Part shown: piece by piece, positions 45,306 to 55,600 of the stretch | Layout of the letters: the number at the start of each line of letters is the position of its first letter | Numbering within the stretch: position 1 is the first letter of the stretch | Source of the DNA: a virus | Lineage: Duplodnaviria > Caudoviricetes | Strand: one strand, 5' to 3' | Virus record (IMG/VR): IMGVR_UViG_3300013121_000005 | Span: 96,001 to 160,000 of that record | DNA length: 64,000 bases | The notes under the pieces: generated by a model | What the model was told of the DNA's origin: nothing | What the model saw: the letters and a program-made list of their open reading frames with translations, nothing else | The model's database searches: none | Position numbers and translations under genes: made by a program

Positions 45306-48300
45306 ATGGCTCGCAGCCCTTACCAAGGAACGTTTCGATCGAATCATCGCCCAACGGTGGTGACGGCTCCAGATGCTATTGTCTACATCAACGGAGAGGT
45401 TGACATCATTGGGTGTTCAAGCTGTAAGAGACGATTCGATTTTGGTAAGTACATCACTTCGATTCAAGTTGACTTGAGCTTGGACAGTGTGCCTGGGAGC
45501 GCCAACATTACGATGGCCATTCCAAGGCACGTAGTAGATGAGTTCTACTTTGACGGAGTGCCCTTGGTCACTCCTATGATGGAGATCGAAATCTTCGCTA
45601 AGGGCTACTACCTTCTTGAGGGTATCCCTCAGTACTACCCCATTTTCTGGGGTTTGATTACGGAGGTCAGTGATTCTTACTCTGGGGGTGAGCACACGGT
45701 TACGCTTAACTGTGCTGATATCCTCAAGTGGTGGGAAATCTGCCGTATGAACGTCAACCCGGCGTTTACTGCTCCAGTAGGGCAGGCGGGTAAGAGCATT
45801 TTCGGCAACGTTTTCTTCGGGACAAATCCTTACGACACCATCTTCACTCTAGCTAATATGGCATTTGGGGATGTCATCGTAGGGACGGGTTCCTTAGTCA
45901 GTCTCTACAAGGAAGCTGGGCAGAAGAGTACTTTCAACACAGTGTTGGGCGATATCATGCAATACTGGGCGAGCCGGTTTTCCCGGATTCGCTCCAACCT
46001 ACTCCTCTATGGGGTGAATGGGGTTGCAGTTCGAGGGGATTCAATTGCCCAAGCGTATGAGAAGGGCAAGGCCAAAAAGGGTACTCCGTTTGCTTCTTCG
46101 GCAGTTCGATTTGCCAATGGCACAGACCCCAAAAAGAATCAAGATGCCACACAGCTCATCTTTGATCCGACAGATCCTGGGGTTACAGCTTTTCGCACTC
46201 AGTTTTCTCAGGCGGGGCAGATCAACTTCTGGCAATCCGAGTACCAGACAAAGCTGGAGATTGCGAATGCCTGTAAGGAGGCTATTGGCTTCGAGTTCTA
46301 TATGGATGTAACTGGGGATATCGTCTTTAAACCCCCGTTCTACAACCTAGATATCCTCTCGAACAAGCCAGTCTCTTGGGTTCAGGACATAGACATCATT
46401 GATTGGGACTTCTCTGAGAGTGAGGCGGAAGTCGTCACTCAGATGACGATCCAGGGTAGTTTTGGGGGGGCTACAGACTATGGGTTTGGGGAAGAAATGA
46501 CCCCTAACACGTCTGTAACGGACTACCATTTACTGAGGAAGTACGGCTGGAGACCTCATACTTACAACAGCGAGTTCATGGGGGACCCCCTCATGATGTA
46601 CTACCATGGGCTCGATATCTTGGACCGTCTCAATTCACGTCGATTCACTGGTTCAATCAATGTCCCTCTTCGACCAGAGTTGCGGTTGGGGTTCCCGATC
46701 TACGTGGCCCCCAAAGATCAAATTTGGTATATCAAAGGGATTAGCCACAACATCCAGTTTGGTGGGCGAGCAACTACCTCTATCCAACTTACCGCTCGTC
46801 GGGACAAGTTCAAAGCTCCTAAGGGGATTTCAACCCTGAAGATGACGGGTGACCTTTCGGATGCAGCGTTCCAGAAGGCTAAAGCTCAGTATGACCGATT
46901 GGTGGGAAGTGGGAAGAAGGGGTCTCCTCCTAAGCCCCCTCCACCCAAGAAAGACACGGGCCCTCAGGGACCCCCTACCATAAAGCAACTTGCTCAGAAA
47001 GCGTTCACTTTGGAGCTTGGGGATGCAGCTTCTATCCCCCCGATCAACGTAGACCCTGATAATCCAAAGTCACTGGAGCCCTATGAGCCCTTGATCCTAC
47101 GCCACCCTAAAACAGGTAGGATTGTAGGTTACCCCAATGTTGTGATGGTCTACACAAGACCTTTCGACTCTAAGCTTGCGGAGAAAGCTTACTCGGGGAT
47201 TTCAGGCGAAAAGAAACCTGGGGCTAACCCACAGATCAAGTCGGCAGTTAAAGCGAAGGTAACAGAAGCTCAGCAGAAGGAACGTACACGTAAGTTGGCT
47301 CAGTTTGTTGACGATAAGGTTGATGAGCTGATTACGAAGCATAGTCGTAACAGGTACCAATACGGGATCAACTCGGCCGGTGTCTATGTGTATGCCCATG
47401 AGACGGAAAAGGTTGTTACCCAGTTTGCCTTGATCCCTCAGAAGAACATCACAGCTACAAAGGATACCTTGGAATTGGCGGGCAAGGACAGCCCTCTTTC
47501 CGGAGGTACTGCAATGGTTCGGCCAGTATCAGATGAGCGTGGATTTGAAGTCATAGGGCACTTTCGGTATGGGCGAGGAGTAGCCCTTAGGGACGGTTCC
47601 TTGATTCTCAATGAGAACCTCAATGGAGGTAAGAATACGAAAACGAATCCCGACTTGCAATTCGCTCTTAGTGGGGAGTTGTTCGGGTCTTTAACTGCTC
47701 AGTCTCAGGGCCTCACGGCTATCGAATCAGCTTACGCAAATCCTGCGGATGCAATTGCTCGTCTCCAGCCCGAGGACCTTCAGACTGCGGCAGTTTTGGT
47801 ACCAGGAGAAGGGCAAAAGAGCCCCCAGTTTACGGACACGGGTACCAACTTCGTGAGTACTGCCCCGATGAACTCCCCCGAAAACAAGGGGCTTCCTACG
47901 AGTGTGGAGGCTGGACAACTTTCACGAGCGTTGACTCTAGCTGAAATGTCTGTCCGAGAAGACACCATCCCCAACGATGAAAAATGCGAGTGCTCTATGG
48001 GTCGAGCTGACCTCGCGTTCATCAACATTGGGTACAGCGTTAAGACTTTGGGTTCAGTAGGTCCGGATACCTCCTCACTTTTCAGTAACAACCTTGTTGC
48101 CTTGAACAACTCTACTAGTAAGTTTACAGCGCTGACTTCTCAAGCCAAGGAAGCTCAGACCAACGCTAAACAGTACGACGGGCAAATCGCTGACTTGCAG
48201 AAAAAGCTAGCCAGTGCGAGTGGATTTGGAGGAGACCCAGCACTGGCGGAAACCATCAGTAAGTCTCTAGCTGAGCTTCAAAAGAAGAAGTCTGAGCTGG

Positions 48301-48971
48301 TCCAAAATGCGGAGAAGCTGCAAGCACAGGCGAATCAGGCGGAAAAGGACAAGATTGGAGCTTATGAGGACGTGCAGGGTTCAGTAGGGCAACCTCAGAA
48401 CCCAAGTCTGAAGTTCACCAACATCCGTTCCAAGGTGGAAGAGTATCTTTACGGGCTCTACTCAGCTTTGGATGGCCCCCACCAAATCCTTGAGAATGCT
48501 TTGCGGGGAGACCCTTCAGGGGCTGACCCAGACTTCCGAACAGCCCCAGACCTTTTCACGGGTCGAGAGGGAGACCCTTCTTTTGGGGCTATTGCCCCTC
48601 CTTTTGGGTCTATGAATCGTAGCGGGCTTGGGGACCCAATTGCGACTGCTCAGCAAGGTAGTTCGGCGGCAGAGGACCTCAAGAAGAAGTTCTCTGACTT
48701 TGGGAAGGACTTGCAGAAGAACGCTGAAAAGCGGGAACTTGGCCAAGAGATTGCCAACCTGAGGGCTAAAATCGACCGTCTCCAGAAGAGGTTGCAAGAG
48801 GTTCAGGCCCAGAACCAGCCCGGTCATTCCTTCTTTGCACAGGGTACAGGTGCGCTACAGGGGCGCACTCAAGTGGGCAACACGGATACCCCTGAGAAGC
48901 TCCAAGCGGAAATCGCCAAGGCTCAGGAAGAGCTTGCTCGAAAGGAGGCTGAGCTGGCTCAGCTCGGGTGA
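45306..48971 (+). CDS. baseplate hub protein (large)
   Basis: IFWGLITEVSDSYSGG..VTLNCAD, FEFYMD..GDIVFKPP, RPELRLGFP..WYIKGISH are hub-type motifs; C-terminal coiled coils. Confidence 0.7.
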   Translation: MARSPYQGTFRSNHRPTVVTAPDAIVYINGEVDIIGCSSCKRRFDFGKYITSIQVDLSLDSVPGSANITMAIPRHVVDEFYFDGVPLVTPMMEIEIFAKGYYLLEGIPQYYPIFWGLITEVSDSYSGGEHTVTLNCADILKWWEICRMNVNPAFTAPVGQAGKSIFGNVFFGTNPYDTIFTLANMAFGDVIVGTGSLVSLYKEAGQKSTFNTVLGDIMQYWASRFSRIRSNLLLYGVNGVAVRGDSIAQAYEKGKAKKGTPFASSAVRFANGTDPKKNQDATQLIFDPTDPGVTAFRTQFSQAGQINFWQSEYQTKLEIANACKEAIGFEFYMDVTGDIVFKPPFYNLDILSNKPVSWVQDIDIIDWDFSESEAEVVTQMTIQGSFGGATDYGFGEEMTPNTSVTDYHLLRKYGWRPHTYNSEFMGDPLMMYYHGLDILDRLNSRRFTGSINVPLRPELRLGFPIYVAPKDQIWYIKGISHNIQFGGRATTSIQLTARRDKFKAPKGISTLKMTGDLSDAAFQKAKAQYDRLVGSGKKGSPPKPPPPKKDTGPQGPPTIKQLAQKAFTLELGDAASIPPINVDPDNPKSLEPYEPLILRHPKTGRIVGYPNVVMVYTRPFDSKLAEKAYSGISGEKKPGANPQIKSAVKAKVTEAQQKERTRKLAQFVDDKVDELITKHSRNRYQYGINSAGVYVYAHETEKVVTQFALIPQKNITATKDTLELAGKDSPLSGGTAMVRPVSDERGFEVIGHFRYGRGVALRDGSLILNENLNGGKNTKTNPDLQFALSGELFGSLTAQSQGLTAIESAYANPADAIARLQPEDLQTAAVLVPGEGQKSPQFTDTGTNFVSTAPMNSPENKGLPTSVEAGQLSRALTLAEMSVREDTIPNDEKCECSMGRADLAFINIGYSVKTLGSVGPDTSSLFSNNLVALNNSTSKFTALTSQAKEAQTNAKQYDGQIADLQKKLASASGFGGDPALAETISKSLAELQKKKSELVQNAEKLQAQANQAEKDKIGAYEDVQGSVGQPQNPSLKFTNIRSKVEEYLYGLYSALDGPHQILENALRGDPSGADPDFRTAPDLFTGREGDPSFGAIAPPFGSMNRSGLGDPIATAQQGSSAAEDLKKKFSDFGKDLQKNAEKRELGQEIANLRAKIDRLQKRLQEVQAQNQPGHSFFAQGTGALQGRTQVGNTDTPEKLQAEIAKAQEELARKEAELAQLG

Positions 48972-51160
48972 CCCTCATGCAACCAAAGCGCCCTATTGGT
49001 ACGGTCCCTGGTAAAGAGTTCGTTAGTGGAGATGACCAACCGTTCACCGGAACGAAGGTGGGGTTGGTTACTCGTGTTGACGAATTCCACCTGAAATGCG
49101 ACGTGAAGGTTCTCACAGGAAATGAGGAGCGTTTCGAGATCGACCTTACTCAACCGATGGCGGGCCCTCGTAGCTTCTTGGGGGGAATTCCTGAAGTCAA
49201 CTCTCTGGTTATCATCGCTTACCGACGGATCCACAAGCAAATTTACGATGCAGTGATTCTTGGCTACCTTCCAACGGGTAACTTGCTTGGGCTCCGTTTT
49301 GATCCGTTAGCCCCTTACGACCCAGGGGAAGTTGCATCGGCTGATGTAGCCGATGCAGTCAAACTTTACGGAAAGACGATTCGGTACAAGCGTATCCGAG
49401 GTCGTCCTGGCGATATCCTCGGGATGAGTGCTGCTGGGGCGGAAATGCTTCTGTCCTCCGATGTTCGTTTTTACAACCGTGCGGGTGACTTCTTTGAGTT
49501 GCGGGATGTAGATCGTACCTTTGTCTCTCAGGCTATTCATCGGGTTGAGTCGGATTCTGCGTCTTACTTGTTTTCGGGGGCCGCTCGACGTGGGGCGATG
49601 AACTTGCCTCTTGAGATTTTTCAGAAGGACAAGGACGGTAAGTCTACTCGAACCCTTAAGACCCAAGACCAGCGATACTTTGGCCGAGACGAGTTAGGCA
49701 ACGCAGGGGTTCCGCCTAACAGTACGTTTGCCAGCACCTCTACTGGGAAAGTCCTTGATCGTATCAACTTAGATGAGGAATTTCCCCCTCTTACCTATTC
49801 CAACGGGAAGCAGGTGTTCTATGCTTCCGGGAATTACGCTACCAACTTTGAGGATGCTCTGAATGGAGGTTCGGGGCGAGCTTTTACTGAGCGCCGATTG
49901 GAGATGAGGCATGACACGGATCTCCAACAGGATGTACTGGAAGAGGTCGATGGGTTTTCGATTGATCGTCCGCGAGTGTACATTGAGCAAGTCTTTGGCA
50001 CGGTCATAGGGAACGACCCATTTTCGACCCTAGGGCAGAGGCAATACGGTAGAGTTCTCAAGCCTTTGATCTTTGAGGACTTCGACCAAACGGCTGCTCC
50101 AAGTGGTTTCCAGATGACTGAGGCAGCGCGTCCCCCTAGCGTAGCGGTGGATGAAGCTCTCACGATGGGGGCCGCCTACCTTTTTTCTATCTCTCCGCCT
50201 CAGGCAGCCTCGAAGAACAAGTTTGCTGTTGCTGTAAGCAAGCAAGGAAAGCTTTTCGCTAACATTCCTGGGTCTAGTAGTGAGAACCAACTTGCCACGA
50301 ACATCTCTGCTGAGGTGAACATGGAGGGGGCTCTCAAGATGCGACTGGGGGCTGCTAGTCCAGACCGAACCTCACTTCATTTGACTTGTGAAGGGGGTGT
50401 GTTCCTTGATATTGGCGCTAATGCAGATGGGGATGTCATCACCACGAACTTCCGAGGGGCAGTAAAGAACACCTACAATGGGGGGAACAACGTTGATGAT
50501 GTCGCACATAGCGTTGACGTTCAGGGCAACTCTGAGCGAGTTGTATCTGGGAATGACAGTCATGTAGTCAACGGGGGCTACTTGATGAAAGTGGATGGGG
50601 GTTACTCTATCCAAGCCGGACGAATCAACGAGAACGCCCTAAATGGGTACACAGGTAACTACGGGGAGTGGAACATCCTTACTTCGGGTAAGGCGCAGAT
50701 TAATGTCGCTTTACTTATGTTGGAGACCATTGCTCTTGGTGGTAAAATCTCCACGATCCTAGCAGGAGCTTTGGTCCAGAACCTTGTGGCCGGAGCGATG
50801 ACCTATAACGTGTTGGCTGGGGCAACGGCCTTCAACAGCCCAGCCGGTGCTTTTGCGGTTAACGTGGGGGTTGGTGCTTTTTCGGTTGCTGTAGCTACTG
50901 GTGCCATTGGTCTTACCACGGGGGCTGGTGCGATTTCCTTGACCACGGGAGCTGGTGCGGTCGCTATAACAGGTACCCTTGCGGTCGCTATCACGGCTGG
51001 GACAGCAATCTCGTTGATATCCCCTCAGGTGCTCCTAGGGGGCCCGCCTGCTGTTCTGGGGATTGCTCGTGGACTTCCGATGCATCCTCCTGGTAGTCCG
51101 AGTCTTGATTGGTTTACGGGTTTGCCCTTGCAAGGTTCTGCTCTTATGAGAAGCGTGTAA
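48968..51160 (+). CDS. central baseplate spike (gp5/gpV-like)
   Basis: N-terminal OB-fold (VGLVTRVD..CDVKV..GGIPEVNSLV); C-terminal Gly/Ala beta-helix repeats. Confidence 0.7.
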   Translation: MTLMQPKRPIGTVPGKEFVSGDDQPFTGTKVGLVTRVDEFHLKCDVKVLTGNEERFEIDLTQPMAGPRSFLGGIPEVNSLVIIAYRRIHKQIYDAVILGYLPTGNLLGLRFDPLAPYDPGEVASADVADAVKLYGKTIRYKRIRGRPGDILGMSAAGAEMLLSSDVRFYNRAGDFFELRDVDRTFVSQAIHRVESDSASYLFSGAARRGAMNLPLEIFQKDKDGKSTRTLKTQDQRYFGRDELGNAGVPPNSTFASTSTGKVLDRINLDEEFPPLTYSNGKQVFYASGNYATNFEDALNGGSGRAFTERRLEMRHDTDLQQDVLEEVDGFSIDRPRVYIEQVFGTVIGNDPFSTLGQRQYGRVLKPLIFEDFDQTAAPSGFQMTEAARPPSVAVDEALTMGAAYLFSISPPQAASKNKFAVAVSKQGKLFANIPGSSSENQLATNISAEVNMEGALKMRLGAASPDRTSLHLTCEGGVFLDIGANADGDVITTNFRGAVKNTYNGGNNVDDVAHSVDVQGNSERVVSGNDSHVVNGGYLMKVDGGYSIQAGRINENALNGYTGNYGEWNILTSGKAQINVALLMLETIALGGKISTILAGALVQNLVAGAMTYNVLAGATAFNSPAGAFAVNVGVGAFSVAVATGAIGLTTGAGAISLTTGAGAVAITGTLAVAITAGTAISLISPQVLLGGPPAVLGIARGLPMHPPGSPSLDWFTGLPLQGSALMRSV

Positions 51161-51216
51161 ATTCGAGGGGTTTGGAGGATCGATATTCGTTCAATAATGG
51201 CGACTCAAGTAGAGTC

Positions 51217-51975
51217 ATGCCTCCTTCCTCTATTCGTCCTGAAGAGACCTACGACGCTTTTTACACCCGAGAGACCTTCACTTCGGTGGCCAAGCGTTTT
51301 GATATTGAGCGTCCAACGCTTCGTCGATGGTGGATTGCCAAGTTTGGTGCCACAGCTTACGAACGGCGGGCCAAAGCTATACTTCAGACTCCCGAGGAAA
51401 AGAAGCAAAGACTTCGAGAATATCGGGAGAGGAATAAGGAGCAGATTGCTAAGGGAAAGAAGCAATGGGTGAAACAGAATACCGAAAAGGTTAGGCTTTC
51501 CCAGAAATTCTATCGCGAGCAGCAGGGGATTGGTTACAAGACTTACTACCAACAGTACTATGCTGATAATGCTGAGAAGTTCCGAGAGTCGGCTCGGCAA
51601 TATCGGTTAGCAAATCGGGACCTGGTTCGTCGAAAGGAACGGGACTACTATCAAAAACATCCGGGCAAGCTTCTCTTGAAGTGTGCTCGCCAAAGAGCAC
51701 GAAGGTTCAAACTACCTTTCAAAATTACCCTTTTAGATATTCAGGCTTGTATCCCTTCAGATGGTTGTTGCCCTATTACTAAAGAGCCTTTTGAACGTGG
51801 TGTGGGTAAAGTAGGTCCTCGTTCAATGTCTCTGGATCGTATTGTCCCATCTCTTGGATATGTCCCTGGCAACATTGCCGTGATTAGCCACCTTGCGAAT
51901 ACAATGAAACAAAACTGTAGGGATGCCGATATATTCCGTCGTTTGGCTGACTATTTAGACCAGAAGAAGGGGTAG
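51217..51975 (+). CDS. HNH-type homing-endonuclease-like protein
   Basis: N-terminal HTH, Lys/Arg/Tyr-rich linker, CPI...SLDRIVPSLGYVPGNIAVISHLANTMK; ATG 51217 preferred over TTG 51109. Confidence 0.8.
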   Translation: MPPSSIRPEETYDAFYTRETFTSVAKRFDIERPTLRRWWIAKFGATAYERRAKAILQTPEEKKQRLREYRERNKEQIAKGKKQWVKQNTEKVRLSQKFYREQQGIGYKTYYQQYYADNAEKFRESARQYRLANRDLVRRKERDYYQKHPGKLLLKCARQRARRFKLPFKITLLDIQACIPSDGCCPITKEPFERGVGKVGPRSMSLDRIVPSLGYVPGNIAVISHLANTMKQNCRDADIFRRLADYLDQKKG

Positions 51976-52096
51976 TACCCATGCAGTATGCTAAACGCGA
52001 ACCCCTCCTTGTTACTGGCCCTACGGCTCTCCAGCTAGTACTGGAACAGGTGCGTCGGGAACGTGAGTTAGGCCGTAGAAAACAAGGTTCGTAGTA

Positions 52097-52666
52097 ATGC
52101 CCATCACACCAGCAGGTCTCATCCCTGCAATCGCAGGGGGTTTAGCCTCCGGGGGGATGCTTGGGCTGGCTGTGCCTATGGCTGCGGCTGGGATTGCAAA
52201 TGGGCTCTGCCAGTGGATCCCTCAGCTTGTGGTCCAGACAGTTGACGTGGGGTTTCTTGGGGCGGGTACGGGGTTTGTTCCCTTCGCGGTACCTCCTCCT
52301 CTTTTGACCTCAAATCTCCTTATTGCCTATGCGGCACATGGGTTAGTTGGGCCCATGGCTCCTTTGGAGGCTGTTGGGTTAGCAAACGGTTTAGCAGCAG
52401 GCTTTCTTCAAGGGTTGATAATGACCACGCATCCTGGAATCGGAACAGGTACTGCCCTAGCTCGTGTACTAGGGCCTCCTGCGTTCCCCTCTTTGATGCT
52501 AGGCTTCGCGTCGGCCGGGATTACGGGTCAGATAGCCCCTCTCAAGGCTAGTGCGATCTCTTCTGCGTTGTTGGTGTGTCTACAGGTTTTTCAAGTTCCA
52601 GTCCCGATTGTCGGCTCCCCCTCTCCTTTTACCGGAGGTGGTGTAGGTATTGGGAAGATTGTGTGA
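52097..52666 (+). CDS. hydrophobic Gly/Ala/Pro-rich baseplate protein
   Basis: 189 aa, almost no charged residues, internal two-fold repeat, downstream of spike. Confidence 0.6.
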   Translation: MPITPAGLIPAIAGGLASGGMLGLAVPMAAAGIANGLCQWIPQLVVQTVDVGFLGAGTGFVPFAVPPPLLTSNLLIAYAAHGLVGPMAPLEAVGLANGLAAGFLQGLIMTTHPGIGTGTALARVLGPPAFPSLMLGFASAGITGQIAPLKASAISSALLVCLQVFQVPVPIVGSPSPFTGGGVGIGKIV

Positions 52667-52684
52667 GAGAAAGGTAGCTGAATC

Positions 52685-55600
52685 GTGGGCTTTAGTTTGA
52701 AGGGTTACGTCCTAGAAAAGCCTAGAGTTAGCTCGGCTAACTCCCCGTTTACCCCTTCCCCTGACAATCTTGTTTCAGATTCCGGGGCCTATACAGCTAC
52801 CTATGGGACTAATGAGTTGGTCCCAGGGCGTGGGGAGTATCTTGTCGTAGTGCTCGTCGATGGAGACTTGGCGAACGCTGAGTTTGGGTGGACTAAGAAT
52901 GAAGGGGGGCTTCAACGGTTTGACTTTGATGGCTCGGAACAACGGTTTCGCCCTATGCGTGGGGCAGCTAGGCTTGAGGTTGGGACAGTTACTTCCAGTG
53001 CAAATGCAACCCGACTAAAGGTCCCTAAGCCGACAGTATCCGTGGGTGTTGGTCCGTATCGTCTGGCTCTCGGTACAGTTGGAAGTGGCCTTACGGTCCC
53101 TATTGTTACGGTACCCGATGATGGTTCGTTTGGGGCCCCTGCGGCAGGGACAGTCGAACTTTCCTTGTCAACCGGCAACCTCAATTGGAACGCTTCGGAT
53201 TTGACAGGTCCATTTCAGGGGCAGCGAGCTTTCTTTCAGCGCCAAGCTTTCTTCTCGGCTAAAGAATCTACGGGTCGACTTGGGGTTGCAACCGACACGA
53301 TTCTTTTGAACCCTATCCCTGCCACAGGGCAGTTTCCTCAACTTCGGTTTGGATTTGGCCTTCCCTTACATCCAGTCGAGAAGGCTAATGAAGCAAGCTT
53401 TTCGGCGAACCCCACTCAAGGTACGTTTGAGTGGGCGTTGGACACGGGTAGGGTAAAGTTCAACAGCTCGGATATCTCAAGTAACCCCGGGGAAGCAATT
53501 TACTACGATGGAGTGCTTCTTGGGATCCAGAAGCGGTTGCCTCGTCAAACTGTTGGTACAATCGGAGCCCCAACGCCGGTAGTGGGTCTTCCCTCAGAAG
53601 GGGGAGACCTTATTTTTCGGGCTCTTCCGCCTACTCTCCCTTCAGGGACGGCTTCGTTCCCCTCTACTACAACGGTTGTGGACGGTGCCGCTAACTTCAC
53701 TCTGAATGCTGCGGTCGGAGATATTGTGGTCCTGACTAGCGGGCCAAATGTGGGGTCTCGGCGTGCGATCACTGCGGTTACGTCGGCAACTCAGCTCCAG
53801 GTAGCCCCTCCGTTCCCTTCTGTTGTAGGTGCGAACTATACGATCCAGAGGAAAATCGTTCAATTTCCTGAGTTTGTCCGAACGACAACCCCTAGTCTGA
53901 TAGGGAAGTCTGGGCAGGTTCAGGTAAATCCTAGCTCTGGGGCACTTCAGTTTTCGTTTGCTGAGATCCTTGCCTACGGAGCTTACCAAGCAGAGGTCAT
54001 TTTTGGGGACCTTCCTGTTGAACGTGGGATTTCTCTCCGTCTCTTTCGTACGCCTGTAGACCTTGGGGCTAAGGACCCAAGTACGAAGGATGTGTCAGCT
54101 TTTTACCCAACTGTTAATGCTCGTCTTGCGGACCCTATTGTAGGGGCCCCGCTAGTGTTTCTTCCGGTTGTCCCAGTGGATGACCCTGCATACCCGATGT
54201 CGTTTGTGGTGGAGCAGGGTACTGGGAGCTTTACTGGAGCCCTTCCCAGGTTGGACGTTGCTTTTCCCCCTGGGGGCATTGGTTACACTATTGACTACGA
54301 CACAAAGCGGTTCAACTTCGCAATTCGGCGTAACAACTACGTCCTTCCAATTCAAACCCGAGTAGGGGCGGTTCAGCTAAAGGACCCCCTTGTGAATCCG
54401 GCTAATGTTACCTTGGAGCTAGACCAAGGATTGGGGTATGTGCCCCTAACTCTTGGGACAGATAGTCTGCTGGAACCCACCTCTGGGGTGGTCACGTTCG
54501 TGGAGACGATCGGCTCTAGGGTTGTCCAAGGAGCTGGGGGTCAGATCCTTTCTCTTTCGACTTTCAATGATCCTAATGCAAACTTTGCGGGGGTTCTAGT
54601 TGGGGACCAGCTCGTCATTTCCAATTCCTCGGAAAAGGGAGTGTACACGGTTACAGGCATCCCTAGCTCTGTTCAGCTTACGTTTAGTCCGGCTGCGACT
54701 TTGAACACCTCAGGGCTTTCGTATGAGATCCGGCGAGGGAAGGAGATCCTGGTCGACCGTTTCTTCCAAGAGTTGGTGTTGGTTGACCCTGGCACCAAGG
54801 TCGAGAAAATTCGTGCCCTTGGGACGATCACCAATTCTCCACGGCTCAATATCCCAGCCGCCAACGCAAGCATCTCTAGGTTCCGTCTTGGCTTGGCCTT
54901 TTTGACGACTACTACAGTGGTCCCTAATGATGGGGCGTTTACCTCCCCAGCTTTACTTCCTGCGGGTACAGTTGAGGTAAGTCAGGCAACAGGGAACCTT
55001 AACTTCAGCCAGAGTAACGTGGCAACGGGCTCTACGGTTTACTGGGCTCGTCTGTTGGTTCAGGGCAAGGAGTATCGAATTGAACCTGAGCTTGGGTTTA
55101 TCCAGGTGACGGAGAGACTTCTTGCTATGGACGAGCTGTTCCTCACCTACAGCTCGCTTCAAAACCCCGCAGTCCAAATTGAAGAGCGAGCAACCTTCTT
55201 AGTGCGGAAAGAGCTAACTACCCACCCAACAGCTACTTCGACCATCCCCTTTAACCCTCTTGGCCGAGAAGTAGCCACAAATCCTTCTCCAGTTGTTTTT
55301 CGTGGGGGTCGGCCACAGGACAGCACTCAAGTCAGTGTTAGTTCCACGCCCTCTTTGATCACTTTCTTGGCGGACAAGCTTCCAACTCCTGGAGGGAGTC
55401 CTCGGGTATCGGATACATTGCCCCATGGGGCAATTGTGCAACCGTCGGAGCGTGTGTACGTAGACTACTTCGTCTACAACGCAATAGGCGGGGAAAACAC
55501 TACGACTGTCCTCCAACCTCCAATTAATCTTGCCAAGGTTACCCTGTCAGAGGGGGCCTCAACCTTCAAAGTCAAGGGGAACAGAACAGCGAACTTTCCT

